A stretch of 35,675 nt of DNA, taken from assembly GCA_005222975.1 (NCBI GenBank), contig NJBI01000037.1, positions 1-35,675 on the forward strand. Direction: 5' to 3'. The DNA comes from Promethearchaeota archaeon Loki_b31. Its GTDB lineage: Archaea > Asgardarchaeota > Lokiarchaeia > Sigyniarchaeales > SOKP01. Every line of letters begins with the position of its first letter. Positions within the stretch are counted from its first letter, which is position 1. Under the pieces are notes generated by a model. It was given only the letters and a program-made list of their open reading frames with translations, had not been told where the DNA came from and did no database searches. Below are positions 8,175 to 18,778 of this stretch, in pieces. Made by a program: the position numbers and the translations under genes.

Positions 8175-8618
8175 GTGGATCGAAAATTCAGAGTGAAAGT
8201 AATGATAAAAGACGATAAATGCATTTTTTGCAAAATTATTGAGAAAAGTATTCCCTCTAAAGTTTTATTTGAAAATGATAAGAATTTAGCTTTTTTAGAC
8301 ATTTTTCCAGTTTCAAAAGGCCACACGATTGTTATTCCTAAAAACCACTATAAAAATTTAGAAGAAATTCCTAATAATGAATTGTCAGAATTATTTGAAA
8401 TAGTTAAAAAAGTATCTATTTTAATCCATAAAAAATTAAAAGTTGATGGTTATAATATTCTCCAAAATAATTTTAGGGCAGCTGGTCAAGTAGTTAACCA
8501 TTTTCATGTTCATATAATTCCTAGAAGTAATGAAGATGGAAAATTTAAATTATTTATCCCAAAAAAACAAGCTAAAGAAGAAGAACTTAATCAAATACTA
8601 AGAGTTATTAATGGGTAA
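8175..8618 (+). CDS. HIT family hydrolase (Hint-like)
   Basis: CIFCKII, AFLDIFP, GHTIVIPK, histidine triad HFHVHIIPR. True start probably ATG 8202 after GAGTGA. Confidence 0.95.
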   Translation: MDRKFRVKVMIKDDKCIFCKIIEKSIPSKVLFENDKNLAFLDIFPVSKGHTIVIPKNHYKNLEEIPNNELSELFEIVKKVSILIHKKLKVDGYNILQNNFRAAGQVVNHFHVHIIPRSNEDGKFKLFIPKKQAKEEELNQILRVING

Positions 8619-8701
8619 GCAAGTACTGATCAATTTTTAGAATTAGTTTAGTTTAAAAACATATTTTATCATTCTTTTATAAAAATAATTTGTTTTGAAC
8701 C

Positions 8702-8926
8702 ATGAAAAAAAGAGTTTTCATTAAGAAATTCTATAAAATCTTAAAAAACAAATTAAAGGAATACTTTTTAGACGAATATGGGGGAAATCTTCTAGAATAC
8801 GCTTTATTAATTGGATTAGCAATATTCATTTTTTTTATTATAGTTGGAGTTATGACTTCTTTATTAGAATGGCCATTAGAACTATCTAGTAACTTTTGGG
8901 AAGAATTTGGAGCTATTATTACATAA
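8702..8926 (+). CDS. Flp-type (type IVc) prepilin
   Basis: Basic leader, FLDEYG|GNLLEYALLIG (G-1, E+5, Y+6 Flp motif), hydrophobic helix, ~48-aa mature peptide. Confidence 0.85.
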   Translation: MKKRVFIKKFYKILKNKLKEYFLDEYGGNLLEYALLIGLAIFIFFIIVGVMTSLLEWPLELSSNFWEEFGAIIT

Positions 8927-8990
8927 AATATAGCCTTAAAATTGCATTCAATTAGATCAAATTTCAATTAAATAAAATATTAAGGAAATT

Positions 8991-9365
8991 TCAATCAGAA
9001 TTTTTTATAACTAAATTTTCAATAATTTTAATATTGTATCTTTCTGTCCAAATATGAATACTTTCTAATACATATCTACTATCTACTTGTAAAAAATCAA
9101 CAAAATCTTCAAAGGGTATTTTATTTACTCCTTTAAATAAATTCTTAATTTTATTATTAATTGTAATATCATCAGGAGGAAATAGTTCTCTCTTCTTTGC
9201 TTTCATTTTTTCTATAACATCATCAAATTTACCATAGTCAAAAAAATGTTCTACAATCCTGCTGATTACTGAAGCAGGAGTGCTTCCAAAAACACCAACT
9301 AATTCTTTTACTTGGTTCATGCTAATTTTACTTAAAGTAACCGTAGTTCTCGTTGTTTCAGTCAT
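8991..9365 (-). CDS. ribbon-helix-helix DNA-binding protein with C-terminal wHTH-like domain
   Basis: N-terminal strand TRTTVTL followed by two helices joined by G-S-T-P-A-S-V-I. Confidence 0.65.
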   Translation of the reverse strand: MTETTRTTVTLSKISMNQVKELVGVFGSTPASVISRIVEHFFDYGKFDDVIEKMKAKKRELFPPDDITINNKIKNLFKGVNKIPFEDFVDFLQVDSRYVLESIHIWTERYNIKIIENLVIKNSD

Positions 9366-9589
9366 TTTAGTAATTAAAAGATTTTAATTTACAATTATAA
9401 CATTATTTTTGTCGTTTTTAAATTTATGTTTATTGATGATAATAAGGCATAAATAAGCATCTTTATATAAAACTCGATACTATAATATATCATAGAACTA
9501 GGCATTGGTATTTAGGTTAAAATGTCGATAAATTGTCGAATTGACAGTTAATACCAACATTCAAAAATAAATTATTGGAGGAATAAATT

Positions 9590-9838
9590 ATGGCTAATAA
9601 AACAGAAATAAATTTTGGATCTAAAGAATATTTAACACCAATTCAATATAATTTGATTAAAACATTACAAAATGGTGGACCTTATACGCGTAAAGCTTTA
9701 GTTAAAGAGCTAAATACTCCAAGAACTACCATATATGATAACTTGCTTAAATTGCAAAAAAGGAAGTTTATCGAGAAATTTTCGAGGAATAATGGAATGA
9801 GAGGTAGACCCCTGGTTTTTTGGAAACTAAAGAATTAG
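9590..9838 (+). CDS. winged-helix transcriptional regulator (TrmB-like)
   Basis: TRKALVKELNTPRTTIYDNLLKLQKRKFI helix-turn-helix and GRP wing; GGAGG RBS. Confidence 0.85.
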   Translation: MANKTEINFGSKEYLTPIQYNLIKTLQNGGPYTRKALVKELNTPRTTIYDNLLKLQKRKFIEKFSRNNGMRGRPLVFWKLKN

Positions 9839-9911
9839 ATTTTTAAAACAATTTCTTTTCTTTTTCAATTTTTTTTGTTATTTATTGAATATTTAATAAT
9901 CTTATTAAAAG

Positions 9912-10089
9912 CTCCAAAATTTCCATTGCAAGTTTTAATTATAAAACAGTGTGAAGATCATGTTTATAGATTATAAAGCAGCCCCAGTTTTAAATTACTC
10001 ATAGATATTTAAATTATCCTATTAACGAATTAATTTATTAAAGTAAACTTTTATCAAAACCTTAAGATTTTGCAGTGGAAAAATAGGAG
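9912..10089. promoter_or_regulatory. inverted pair of ORB-like boxes flanking AT-rich spacer
   Basis: TTGCAATGGAAATTTTGGAG (minus, 9912-9931) and TTGCAGTGGAAAAATAGGAG (plus, 10070-10089), 16/20 identical. Confidence 0.45.
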
Positions 10090-10128
10090 TACCTTATTTT
10101 CACACTAATTTGATGGTATTTTAGAACA

Positions 10129-11931
10129 CTATTTAGGAATATAATAGTATTCATTAATTCTTTTTTGATAGGCATCTTTAGTACTACCAGTTTTATTAAT
10201 CCGAGGTCGTTTCGTTAATTCATCTCTTCTAAAAGTGATTCCCATTAATTTTAAAAATAAATTAAATCCGTCTCTTAAATTTAATGGGGCAAAAGCCTTA
10301 CCTTCTAACCCAGGCGTTCCTTCAAATACTAAAATAGAATCCGCTATAAAATCTTGGGTTATAATATCATGTTCGACTACAAAGGCCGATTTCTTTAATT
10401 CTTCAATGGATTTTCTTAATAGTTGAGCTACTTGTAATCTCATTTCAACATCTAGAAAAGCAGATGGCTCATCTAACAAATAAATATCAGCTTCAGTTGA
10501 TAAACAATTGGCTATAGCCACTCTTTGTAATTCCCCGCCGCTTAATTCAGAAAACCTTCTTTCTTTAATCTCTTCTAATTTTAAGGCATTTATTAATCGT
10601 TTTTTGTAGGACTGACTTAAATACGGAGCCAATCTAATCTGATTGATAATTTCAGAAACCAATTTTGATTCAATCATTTTAATATATTGAGGTTTGATTG
10701 AAACTTTTAACTTTTTACTTTCAGCGTTTTCAGTATTAGATTTTATTTTATTAGCTATCAAATCGATGAATGTAGTTTTGCCAATTCCATTAGCCCCAAG
10801 AATACCTATAATTTCGCCAGCGTGGATTTCACTCCCATCTACGGTTAGATGGAAATCACCTAATGTTTTTTCTAAATCTTCATAAGAGAGTATAATAGCT
10901 CCAGAATCAAATGACGAATCTATAGGTGGTCTTTCATGAAATCGAATTGGTTCATTTCTAATTCTTACATTTTCATCTTTAATATACCCATTTAAATAAA
11001 TATTAATGCCTACTCTTACGCCTTGAGGATGTGATATAATTCCATATGCTCCAGGAATTCCATAAAGTAGGGATATATAATCGCTTAAATAGTCTAATAT
11101 TGCTAAGTCGTGTTCAACAACTACAACGGTTTTATCGTTATCCGTAAGAGTTCTAATCAATTTAGCCATGTTAATCCTTTCACTAACATCTAAATAAGAG
11201 CTAGGTTCATCAATAAGATATACATCTGCATCTTTGAGATAAGCAGCAGCAATGGCAACCCTTTGCAACTCACCACCCGATAAAACAGATACGCTTCTAT
11301 CTAAGATTTCATTAAGGTTGAGTTGCTTTACAATTGTATCTAAACGATCATTAACGTCGTTTTTTTTTAATAAATTAAAGACTTTTCCGGAAACATGTTT
11401 AGGTATAAGAGTAATATTTTGAGGTTTATGGACAATCTTAGATTTTTTAGTAAACAACTCTTTAAAATACTGCTGTAATTCTGAGCCTTTAAAGTAATTA
11501 ATTATAAAATCATCATTTGGAACCTCATCTTCAAACCTACCAAGATTCATCCTTAATTCTCCTGATAATATATTTAGCATAGTACTTTTCCCTATCCCAT
11601 TTTGACCTATTAACCCCAGTACCTTTCCTTTCTTAGGAATGGCCATTCTAAATAAGGAAAATTGATCTGGGCCATAACGATAAGTCATTTGGTTTTTTAA
11701 TGGATCTGGTAAATTAACAATGTTTATTGCATTAAAAGGACATTTTATTATACAAATTCCACACCCAGTACATAGGCTCTCTGTTATTATTACATTTTTC
11801 CCTTCCGGGCTTAATTCTATAGTTTTTTCTCCTGTTCTTACCTTTGGACAATATTTAATGCATGGTTTTTCCCCAAAAGGGCTACATTTATCAGGTTTAC
11901 AGCGATCTTTATTAAGTACGGCGATTCTCAA
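10129..11931 (-). CDS. rli: ribosome recycling ATPase ABCE1/RLI
   Basis: N-terminal Fe-S motifs (CKPDKC...CP; CTGCGICIIKCP), two NBDs (GQNGIGKS, GANGIGKT, LSGGELQR, DEPS). Confidence 0.98.
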   Translation of the reverse strand: MRIAVLNKDRCKPDKCSPFGEKPCIKYCPKVRTGEKTIELSPEGKNVIITESLCTGCGICIIKCPFNAINIVNLPDPLKNQMTYRYGPDQFSLFRMAIPKKGKVLGLIGQNGIGKSTMLNILSGELRMNLGRFEDEVPNDDFIINYFKGSELQQYFKELFTKKSKIVHKPQNITLIPKHVSGKVFNLLKKNDVNDRLDTIVKQLNLNEILDRSVSVLSGGELQRVAIAAAYLKDADVYLIDEPSSYLDVSERINMAKLIRTLTDNDKTVVVVEHDLAILDYLSDYISLLYGIPGAYGIISHPQGVRVGINIYLNGYIKDENVRIRNEPIRFHERPPIDSSFDSGAIILSYEDLEKTLGDFHLTVDGSEIHAGEIIGILGANGIGKTTFIDLIANKIKSNTENAESKKLKVSIKPQYIKMIESKLVSEIINQIRLAPYLSQSYKKRLINALKLEEIKERRFSELSGGELQRVAIANCLSTEADIYLLDEPSAFLDVEMRLQVAQLLRKSIEELKKSAFVVEHDIITQDFIADSILVFEGTPGLEGKAFAPLNLRDGFNLFLKLMGITFRRDELTKRPRINKTGSTKDAYQKRINEYYYIPK

Positions 11932-12017
11932 AACTTTTTCACCACTTTTTAAAATAATAAATGATAAATAATTTTTATCATTTACTCGGCTTAGGTTTAA
12001 TTAATTAGTGAAATAAT

Positions 12018-13745
12018 TTGGTAAATAAATTATTAGTACATTGGCTAGAAGAGACAGTGGACAAAATTTCTGAAAGAAATTTAACAGAATTAACTCTGTC
12101 TACTGGAAAAACACCTTCAGGACATGTTCATATCGGAATTTTAAGAGAAATAATTATTTGCGACGCTTTAAGAAGAGTATTTGAAGAAAAGGGCTCTAAA
12201 ATAAATTCCTATCTTTTTATGGATGATTTTGACGCAGCTAAAAGGTTTCCATATTACATCGATAAAACGTTTCAGAAAGAGTATTTAGGAAAACCCTTTG
12301 CTTTAATACCCTGTCCTTTTGAAAATTGTGGATGTGAGAGTTATGGAACACATTTTGGAAATGAATTAATTTCTACCTTTAAGTATTTTGGCATAAAAAA
12401 TGAAATCATATGGACTTATAGATTGTACCAAAAAAAAGAAATGCAAGAAAAAATAAAGATTTCTCTAGATAATACAAACCAAATTAAGGAGATATTAAAA
12501 AAATACATTCTACCTACTTTAGATGATGAACGGAAAAAATTATTCAAAGAAACGCAAAAATCATGGATACCTATAATGGCAATTTGCGATAAATGTGAAA
12601 GAATACAGGATCGCGCCAAAGATGGCACAATACAGCCTAATAGGGCAATAAAATATTTAAGTAAAGAACAAGAGGTCTTATATGAATGTCCTGCATGTGG
12701 CTATAAGGGAAGAGTATCCATTTATAGTGGTAAACTAAAATTAAATTGGCGTATCGATTGGCCTGCTAAATGGGCGCTATTTAAAGCTACTTGTGAACCA
12801 GCGGGAAAAGACCATAGCGTAAAAGGAGGCGCATACGATACCGGGTTAGAAATATGCCAAAAAGTTTTTAAATATGAAGGTCCAATAAAACTCCCCTATG
12901 AATGGTTAAGATTAGGGAAACAAGATATGAAAACTTCAAAGGGTATAGTTTTTACTCCACAAAAATATTTAGAATTAGCAGATCCAGAACTTTATAGAAT
13001 GTTAATCTTAAGAACAAACCCTATGAAGCATATATCTTTAAGAATTGAAGAGATTCCTCAATATTACGATTATTACGAAAAAATGGAAAATATATTTTAT
13101 TCTCTCGAACAACCCGAATCTGAGGAAGAGTTTAATTTTTATAAATTTCTCTATCCATTAACCAGAGTTAATGATATTATTGATACAAAACCAATCAGAA
13201 TACCATTAAAACTCTTAATTTTTCTTTCCCAAATGCAAAATATATTGAGTTTAGAAAAATTATATGAAAAGGGAATATCATCTTTAAGAGATAAGAAAAG
13301 TCAAAATATTATTTCGATAGACGAATTTAAATTCCTTTTAAAAAGAACGGAAAATTGGATTAATGAAGTTAAAAAATTCATTGGGAGTATAAAAGATGAC
13401 AAGGTTAAAAGAAATATATCGAGTAAAATTGACATTTTTACGATTCCCGAAACAATAGATAACGATCTCATTAAAAACTTAAGTGAAGACCAATTAGGAG
13501 GTCTAATGTTGTTTAGATCTTATTTTGTGCACAATAATGATCTAGATGCTGATTCAATTCAAAACAAGATTTTTACAATAGCTAAAGAAGAGCAAGAGAT
13601 TCCACCAAGAAAAATGTTTGAAGCATTTTACCTAATCTTATTAGGGAAAAAGTTTGGACCCCGATTAGGACCATTTTTATTGATGATTGATAAAACTTGG
13701 TTTTTAAAGAGATTAAATCAAATACTCGACGAAGACCATAGATAA
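12018..13745 (+). CDS. lysS: lysyl-tRNA synthetase, class I
   Basis: TPSGHVHIG, KLNWRIDWPAKW, EPAGKDH, MKTSKG, GPRLG motifs. Confidence 0.97.
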   Translation: MVNKLLVHWLEETVDKISERNLTELTLSTGKTPSGHVHIGILREIIICDALRRVFEEKGSKINSYLFMDDFDAAKRFPYYIDKTFQKEYLGKPFALIPCPFENCGCESYGTHFGNELISTFKYFGIKNEIIWTYRLYQKKEMQEKIKISLDNTNQIKEILKKYILPTLDDERKKLFKETQKSWIPIMAICDKCERIQDRAKDGTIQPNRAIKYLSKEQEVLYECPACGYKGRVSIYSGKLKLNWRIDWPAKWALFKATCEPAGKDHSVKGGAYDTGLEICQKVFKYEGPIKLPYEWLRLGKQDMKTSKGIVFTPQKYLELADPELYRMLILRTNPMKHISLRIEEIPQYYDYYEKMENIFYSLEQPESEEEFNFYKFLYPLTRVNDIIDTKPIRIPLKLLIFLSQMQNILSLEKLYEKGISSLRDKKSQNIISIDEFKFLLKRTENWINEVKKFIGSIKDDKVKRNISSKIDIFTIPETIDNDLIKNLSEDQLGGLMLFRSYFVHNNDLDADSIQNKIFTIAKEEQEIPPRKMFEAFYLILLGKKFGPRLGPFLLMIDKTWFLKRLNQILDEDHR

Positions 13746-13765
13746 GGAAAAAAATAAATGTTAAT

Positions 13766-13951
13766 CTAATCAGATTCTTCAGTTTTCTTTTTTCTTTTCC
13801 ACTTATACCATTTCTTTTTTTCTTGTAACTTCATATAGCAATCAGAACAATATGTAATACCTTCTTCAATAATTTGGTCGCACTTCTTACAATGCTTATG
13901 TGGATAAATGTATTCTTCTGACTTTTTTTTGTATCTTTCGTATTTACTCAA
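13766..13951 (-). CDS. DUF2116-like Zn-ribbon small protein
   Basis: PHKHCKKC...YCSDC followed by a basic tail. Confidence 0.75.
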   Translation of the reverse strand: MSKYERYKKKSEEYIYPHKHCKKCDQIIEEGITYCSDCYMKLQEKKKWYKWKRKKKTEESD

Positions 13952-13996
13952 TTTAAATCTCCAAACAAGTATTAATTAATTTATATAAGTGATAAA

Positions 13997-15256
13997 TTAT
14001 AACTTTTTCACTCCAGAAACTATTTTTATTCTAAAAAATTGAGCTTTCTTTAACTTTTGTCTTATTTCTAAAGGATACAAAGGGAAATGTGAGAGGAAAG
14101 CTTCTTTATCATTTATTATATCATTTAAATTATACTTCCAATCATGTAGGACTTTATCGATTTTCTCTGGGTTTACTAAAGCAAATACAGATCCTCCCCC
14201 TCCCGCACCTGTTAATTTTGCAGCATAAACATCGAGATGATCTTCAATTAAACTTATTAAAATATTATTAGCTAATCCAATTCCATGGATAAACCCAACA
14301 TATCTCATTATGTCATTCATGATGGCTGTATTTTCTCTAAAATAGTTTCCTAACAAATTCCAATCTTGTTTCATTATCGCAAAACGGGATTTCCAAGAAA
14401 TTTCTGCTAGTTTTAAATAACAATTTAAAATTTTTGGGTCTTTATGTAAATACGCTTTTCTTAATTTCTTATGAACGCTTCCACTTTCATGCGATACCCC
14501 AGAAAAACAAATGATAATTGGTAGACTTTTAATATCATATGATAAATCAATTCTATCATAAATTGCTAAAGGTTCCATTGAAAGCTCTTTATGATGCAAT
14601 TTTCCATAATAAGAACAAAAACTTAGCCCTCCCCTAGCTATTACATAGCGATCTCCATATCCCGCAGTTATTTTTAAATCGTCATCTTCAACTTTAGTTG
14701 CCATTTCTGCAATGGTATCTCTATTTATTGGAAAATCCTCTTTATTTATGCATGTTAAATTTTTATATAATCCAAAATATTTTGCAAAACCATATAAAAT
14801 AGCGATTATTATTGCTGCACTCCCGCCCAGCCCACTTTGGCGAGGGATAGTAGTTATTATACCAATTTCAAAATTATTATTCTTAAATTTCTCCAAAAAC
14901 ACAGAGCATGTTTTAATAAATCTATAAACGCTAGCATAAAAGAGTTTAAAATCTTCATTAAATTTTTTTTTAAACTCTATAACTTGTTTTGAAATTACTT
15001 CTTCTTTCTCAATTTGAACAATAATATTATCTGATATATTTTTAATTGAATATAATCTTACAAAGCTAGAATCTACCCTACTTTTTATATAAACAAATGC
15101 TGATAATGGATTGTTTACGCCATTAATTGCTACAGATGGCATCCAGAAATCCCCCTCTACCGCATCTAAGGGATTTATTAGATTAATCCTTGATGGCGCT
15201 TGAACAGCAACCTCAGGATTTAGGTTATTAATAAAATATAAGATTTGCTCTAACAT
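13997..15256 (-). CDS. GHMP-family sugar kinase (glucuronokinase-like)
   Basis: APSRI, IPRQSGLGGSAA, AGYGDR, SGSVH, AAKLTGAGGGGS. Confidence 0.88.
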   Translation of the reverse strand: MLEQILYFINNLNPEVAVQAPSRINLINPLDAVEGDFWMPSVAINGVNNPLSAFVYIKSRVDSSFVRLYSIKNISDNIIVQIEKEEVISKQVIEFKKKFNEDFKLFYASVYRFIKTCSVFLEKFKNNNFEIGIITTIPRQSGLGGSAAIIIAILYGFAKYFGLYKNLTCINKEDFPINRDTIAEMATKVEDDDLKITAGYGDRYVIARGGLSFCSYYGKLHHKELSMEPLAIYDRIDLSYDIKSLPIIICFSGVSHESGSVHKKLRKAYLHKDPKILNCYLKLAEISWKSRFAIMKQDWNLLGNYFRENTAIMNDIMRYVGFIHGIGLANNILISLIEDHLDVYAAKLTGAGGGGSVFALVNPEKIDKVLHDWKYNLNDIINDKEAFLSHFPLYPLEIRQKLKKAQFFRIKIVSGVKKL

Positions 15257-15444
15257 TTAAATAACGCTTCTTGATGTTTAATTGATTATTTTAAAAAAAA
15301 TGATTTAACCTAGTCTAGTTTTATATAATACTTATAATATTTTTTTACTTTTTCTGAACTTAAAAGTTATTAAAATCTCTCTTTAAATTAGAATCTGTAA
15401 AAAAATGCTAAGTTTTTATAATTTCAACAAAGAAATTTTGTGAT

Positions 15445-16581
15445 ATGGTTAAAAAAGGCAAGTTCAAATTACTCTCCTTTTTAATTGAGAATCAATTAAT
15501 TTATTATAAAAGTTTAAACAAAAATAAAAGATTAGTAGCTTTTTCAATTATAGAGACTAATAATCTACTAAAAACAATTCCAATTCTTAATGATTTCCTT
15601 AAAAAAAGGTTTCTGCTTTATTATTCAATTCAGATTAATATCCCTAAAAAAAGAAGAAAATTAATTTTATTAAATTTTATTGGTAATGATAAAAATAGAA
15701 TTGTAAAATTTTTTAGTTTAATTTGTCAACAAATAAGTGAATGCGATAAATCTGCTAAGTTTTTGAAAAATCGTTATTTAAAAAGACAATTTTTACATGT
15801 TATTTCAAATAAGATTAATGTAGATATTAACACTATGAAATTAGGAGATTCTTTAATATTAAAACATGATGAAGATTTGCAGTTTTTACGTTTTTATCAA
15901 ATAAATTGCCCTTTTATTGAAAATAAAAGCGTTTCTTTGCATAATTTACTAAAATCACTCAATAATTTTAACCGGAAAGGATTTTTGATCTTTAATATAA
16001 AGGTTAATAACAAAGAAGAGCTCATATATCACACTTATTTTATCGACATCAAATATGAACAAAATAATCATTCACTGGACATCGAAAAGGAAGTTAATTC
16101 TCTGTTTAATTGTGAACTATTTAAAAATGTAGAATTAAATTTGAAACTCCTTTACTGTATATTATGGAGGACTAACATTTCTGAGATTTATTACAATTTA
16201 GAAAACGGAGTTAATCTATTTTTATCTTTAAGCCAATTCAATCATCAAAAGTTATCAAAGTTCAATAATCAGTTTGAAAAGGCTTTGCAATTGAATCAAA
16301 TTAATTTTCACAGATTGAATCGAAATCTTTTATTGATTGAAGATAAAATTCTATTTTTAATTTTTAAAGATTTTCATCGCGAAGATATTTTGAGACTTTT
16401 AGAAAAATTCTATTCAAGATACTTTATAATTATTTTAATTTTAAATCAGGATGAGTATAAAAAGTTACTAGATGTTAATAAAATAAAGTTCTTGGAGAAT
16501 CTAAAAACTTTGAACTATATGGATTTTGTAAAACTTAATTTTTCAGTTTTGAAAAATGAAAATGCATTAAAAAATTCCTAA
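15445..16581 (+). CDS. hypothetical protein
   Basis: 378-aa open frame; no motif recognised; 3' end overlaps rpl23 by 15 bp. Confidence 0.7.
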   Translation: MVKKGKFKLLSFLIENQLIYYKSLNKNKRLVAFSIIETNNLLKTIPILNDFLKKRFLLYYSIQINIPKKRRKLILLNFIGNDKNRIVKFFSLICQQISECDKSAKFLKNRYLKRQFLHVISNKINVDINTMKLGDSLILKHDEDLQFLRFYQINCPFIENKSVSLHNLLKSLNNFNRKGFLIFNIKVNNKEELIYHTYFIDIKYEQNNHSLDIEKEVNSLFNCELFKNVELNLKLLYCILWRTNISEIYYNLENGVNLFLSLSQFNHQKLSKFNNQFEKALQLNQINFHRLNRNLLLIEDKILFLIFKDFHREDILRLLEKFYSRYFIIILILNQDEYKKLLDVNKIKFLENLKTLNYMDFVKLNFSVLKNENALKNS

Positions 16582-16830
16582 ATCAATAGCAATATCTTGA
16601 GCAGAATAATCTGAGCGTAGTTTAATTAAGGCTTTTTTTTCTCCTCGAGGAGTAATTATTGTATTAACCTTAATCACTTTTACATTATGAATTTTTTCTA
16701 TAGCTTGTTTAATTTGACTTTTATTAGCTCTTTTATGAACAATAAAAACCAATTTATTTTCTCTCTCAATTAGATCAAATGTCTTTTCTGTTATTAAAGG
16801 TCTTTGAATAATTTTATAATATCTTTCCAT
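16567..16830 (-). CDS. rpl23: 50S ribosomal protein L23 (uL23)
   Basis: [23 protein letters not shown]. Confidence 0.97.
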   Translation of the reverse strand: MERYYKIIQRPLITEKTFDLIERENKLVFIVHKRANKSQIKQAIEKIHNVKVIKVNTIITPRGEKKALIKLRSDYSAQDIAIDLGIF

Positions 16831-16831
16831 T

Positions 16832-17620
16832 TTAAATTAACGCCTCATAATTCTTTAAATCATTAAAAGCAGATTGAGCCCATAGAATTAATCGTCCTGA
16901 CAGCCCTCCTGGTGCTAAATTGGCGATTGACAAATTTTCAAACTTAATAACATCCACTCCCGGAATATTTCTTGAAGCCTTTACTATTCCGAAATCGTCT
17001 TTTATAACAACTAAAATGCTTTTTTTATTTTTGTATTTACGTCCTCTTCTTTTCCCTTTTCCGGCTCTAATTTTTTTGCCTTCTTTTACCTTAACCAGTT
17101 CATCTTCCAAACCTAATTCAGAGAGGATTGAATACATTAATTTCGTTTTTTTAACAGTTTGAATTTTATCATCAATTACTAATGGTATTTCTGGGACTTT
17201 GTTAATGAGATGACCTCGATTTTTAACCCAATCTAAATCGCCAGAAGCAGAAATCGCGGAAATTAATGATAATTTGTTTACCTTTTTATTTATTTTTTTC
17301 TTAACAATTTTTTCTGTTTTAATAGGGTGTGCCCTTCTTCCGCCTTTTGCAAAAGGAACCCTCCCAACATTCCGAGCTGTGGGGAATCCTGAACCTTTTA
17401 TTCGTGGAGCTCTTGAAATTCCATGTCCTGTGCCCCAACCCTTAGCTGTATTTCTTAACCCTGCTCTCTTATTTCTACCTTGAACTTGTTTATTTTTACT
17501 GAAAGAAATTTCACTTGCTTTACGAATTAGATCTTTTCTAGGTTTTATACTAAATATTCTTGGCATGTCAACTAAAATTTTTTTTTTACCATCTAAATCA
17601 TAAACATTAACTTTCTCCAT
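16832..17620 (-). CDS. rpl4: 50S ribosomal protein L4 (uL4, archaeal/eukaryotic type)
   Basis: [35 protein letters not shown]. Confidence 0.97.
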   Translation of the reverse strand: MEKVNVYDLDGKKKILVDMPRIFSIKPRKDLIRKASEISFSKNKQVQGRNKRAGLRNTAKGWGTGHGISRAPRIKGSGFPTARNVGRVPFAKGGRRAHPIKTEKIVKKKINKKVNKLSLISAISASGDLDWVKNRGHLINKVPEIPLVIDDKIQTVKKTKLMYSILSELGLEDELVKVKEGKKIRAGKGKRRGRKYKNKKSILVVIKDDFGIVKASRNIPGVDVIKFENLSIANLAPGGLSGRLILWAQSAFNDLKNYEALI

Positions 17621-17627
17621 AAAATCA

Positions 17628-18647
17628 CTATTTTCTTTGTTGACTTTCTCTACTAATAAATGTTATTTCTGGTGATTTAACCATAAACGATTTTACTGGT
17701 CTTATTGTTTTTCTTATCCTAATTAACCGATTTTTTGGTCCCGGTATGGACCCTAACACAAGAAGATAATCACCGTTAACTTTGCCATATCTAATAAAAC
17801 CGCCCTTAGGGTTTATTTCTTCTTCATTTTCTCCAATGACCATAATTCTTTTATGATATTCCGTTCTTTGATGATAACCCATTTGCCCAGGGCGCGGAAC
17901 TGTATAAAGAACTCGTGCCGGATGCCAAGGACCTATACACGCTACAGCTCTTCTAACTTTACTATTTTTTCGGGTTAGGATTTTCACGCCATATCTTTTA
18001 ACGGGTCCTTGAAATCCTTTTCCTTTTGTAACAGCTAACATATCGACTAATTCGCCTTCAATTAAAACATCCCGTGCCTTAATTTCTTTACCTAGATGTT
18101 CTAAAGCAAAATTAAATTCATCTATTGGGGATCCAATAGAGTTCAACTTAATTTCAATAATATCGGGCTTTTTTCTTGGTAAAGATGTAAGATGTGGTTG
18201 AGTTTGAAAAATCCCTCTAATATCACTTGTATTATTTAAGGCTTTAGAGAGTTTTTTTTTAATTTCATCATAATTGTATTTTTCGAAATTCGGAATGTTA
18301 ATTTTGCGATTAAGATAATTATTTAATTCAGTAGAAAAAATATCTCCCTCAATATATTTTCCATACTCATCTTCATTATAAATTCTAATTCCAATGAGGA
18401 TTAAAGGAGGAACTTCAATAACAGTAACTGGTTTCATCAATTCTTTTCCATAATAAGGACTATTTTTTTGATCTTCAATATATGTAATATGAGTCATACC
18501 TGCTTTGAAACCAGCAAACCCTAAAAATATAACATTTTTGGATGTATCTAACCAGTGTCTTACCCTACCTTTAGCAGATGTGGCTCTTTTTCTAGGAAGA
18601 AACGCTAATGAACCGTGTCTTGGAGCATGTTTTTTGCGGTGACCCAT
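17628..18647 (-). CDS. rpl3: 50S ribosomal protein L3 (uL3)
   Basis: PRHGSLAFLPRKR, GFKAGMTH, TKGKGFQG, GQMGYHQRTE. Confidence 0.98.
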   Translation of the reverse strand: MGHRKKHAPRHGSLAFLPRKRATSAKGRVRHWLDTSKNVIFLGFAGFKAGMTHITYIEDQKNSPYYGKELMKPVTVIEVPPLILIGIRIYNEDEYGKYIEGDIFSTELNNYLNRKINIPNFEKYNYDEIKKKLSKALNNTSDIRGIFQTQPHLTSLPRKKPDIIEIKLNSIGSPIDEFNFALEHLGKEIKARDVLIEGELVDMLAVTKGKGFQGPVKRYGVKILTRKNSKVRRAVACIGPWHPARVLYTVPRPGQMGYHQRTEYHKRIMVIGENEEEINPKGGFIRYGKVNGDYLLVLGSIPGPKNRLIRIRKTIRPVKSFMVKSPEITFISRESQQRK

Positions 18648-18778
18648 ATGTAATCACTTATGACTTTAAAACTCTAAATTATTTAAAATAAAAAAAGTTT
18701 TGCATTCAATCATAACATTTAAATCCCATAAATTAAAAAAAGGGCTTTTTAAATTTATGTTATAAAAAATATAGATAG

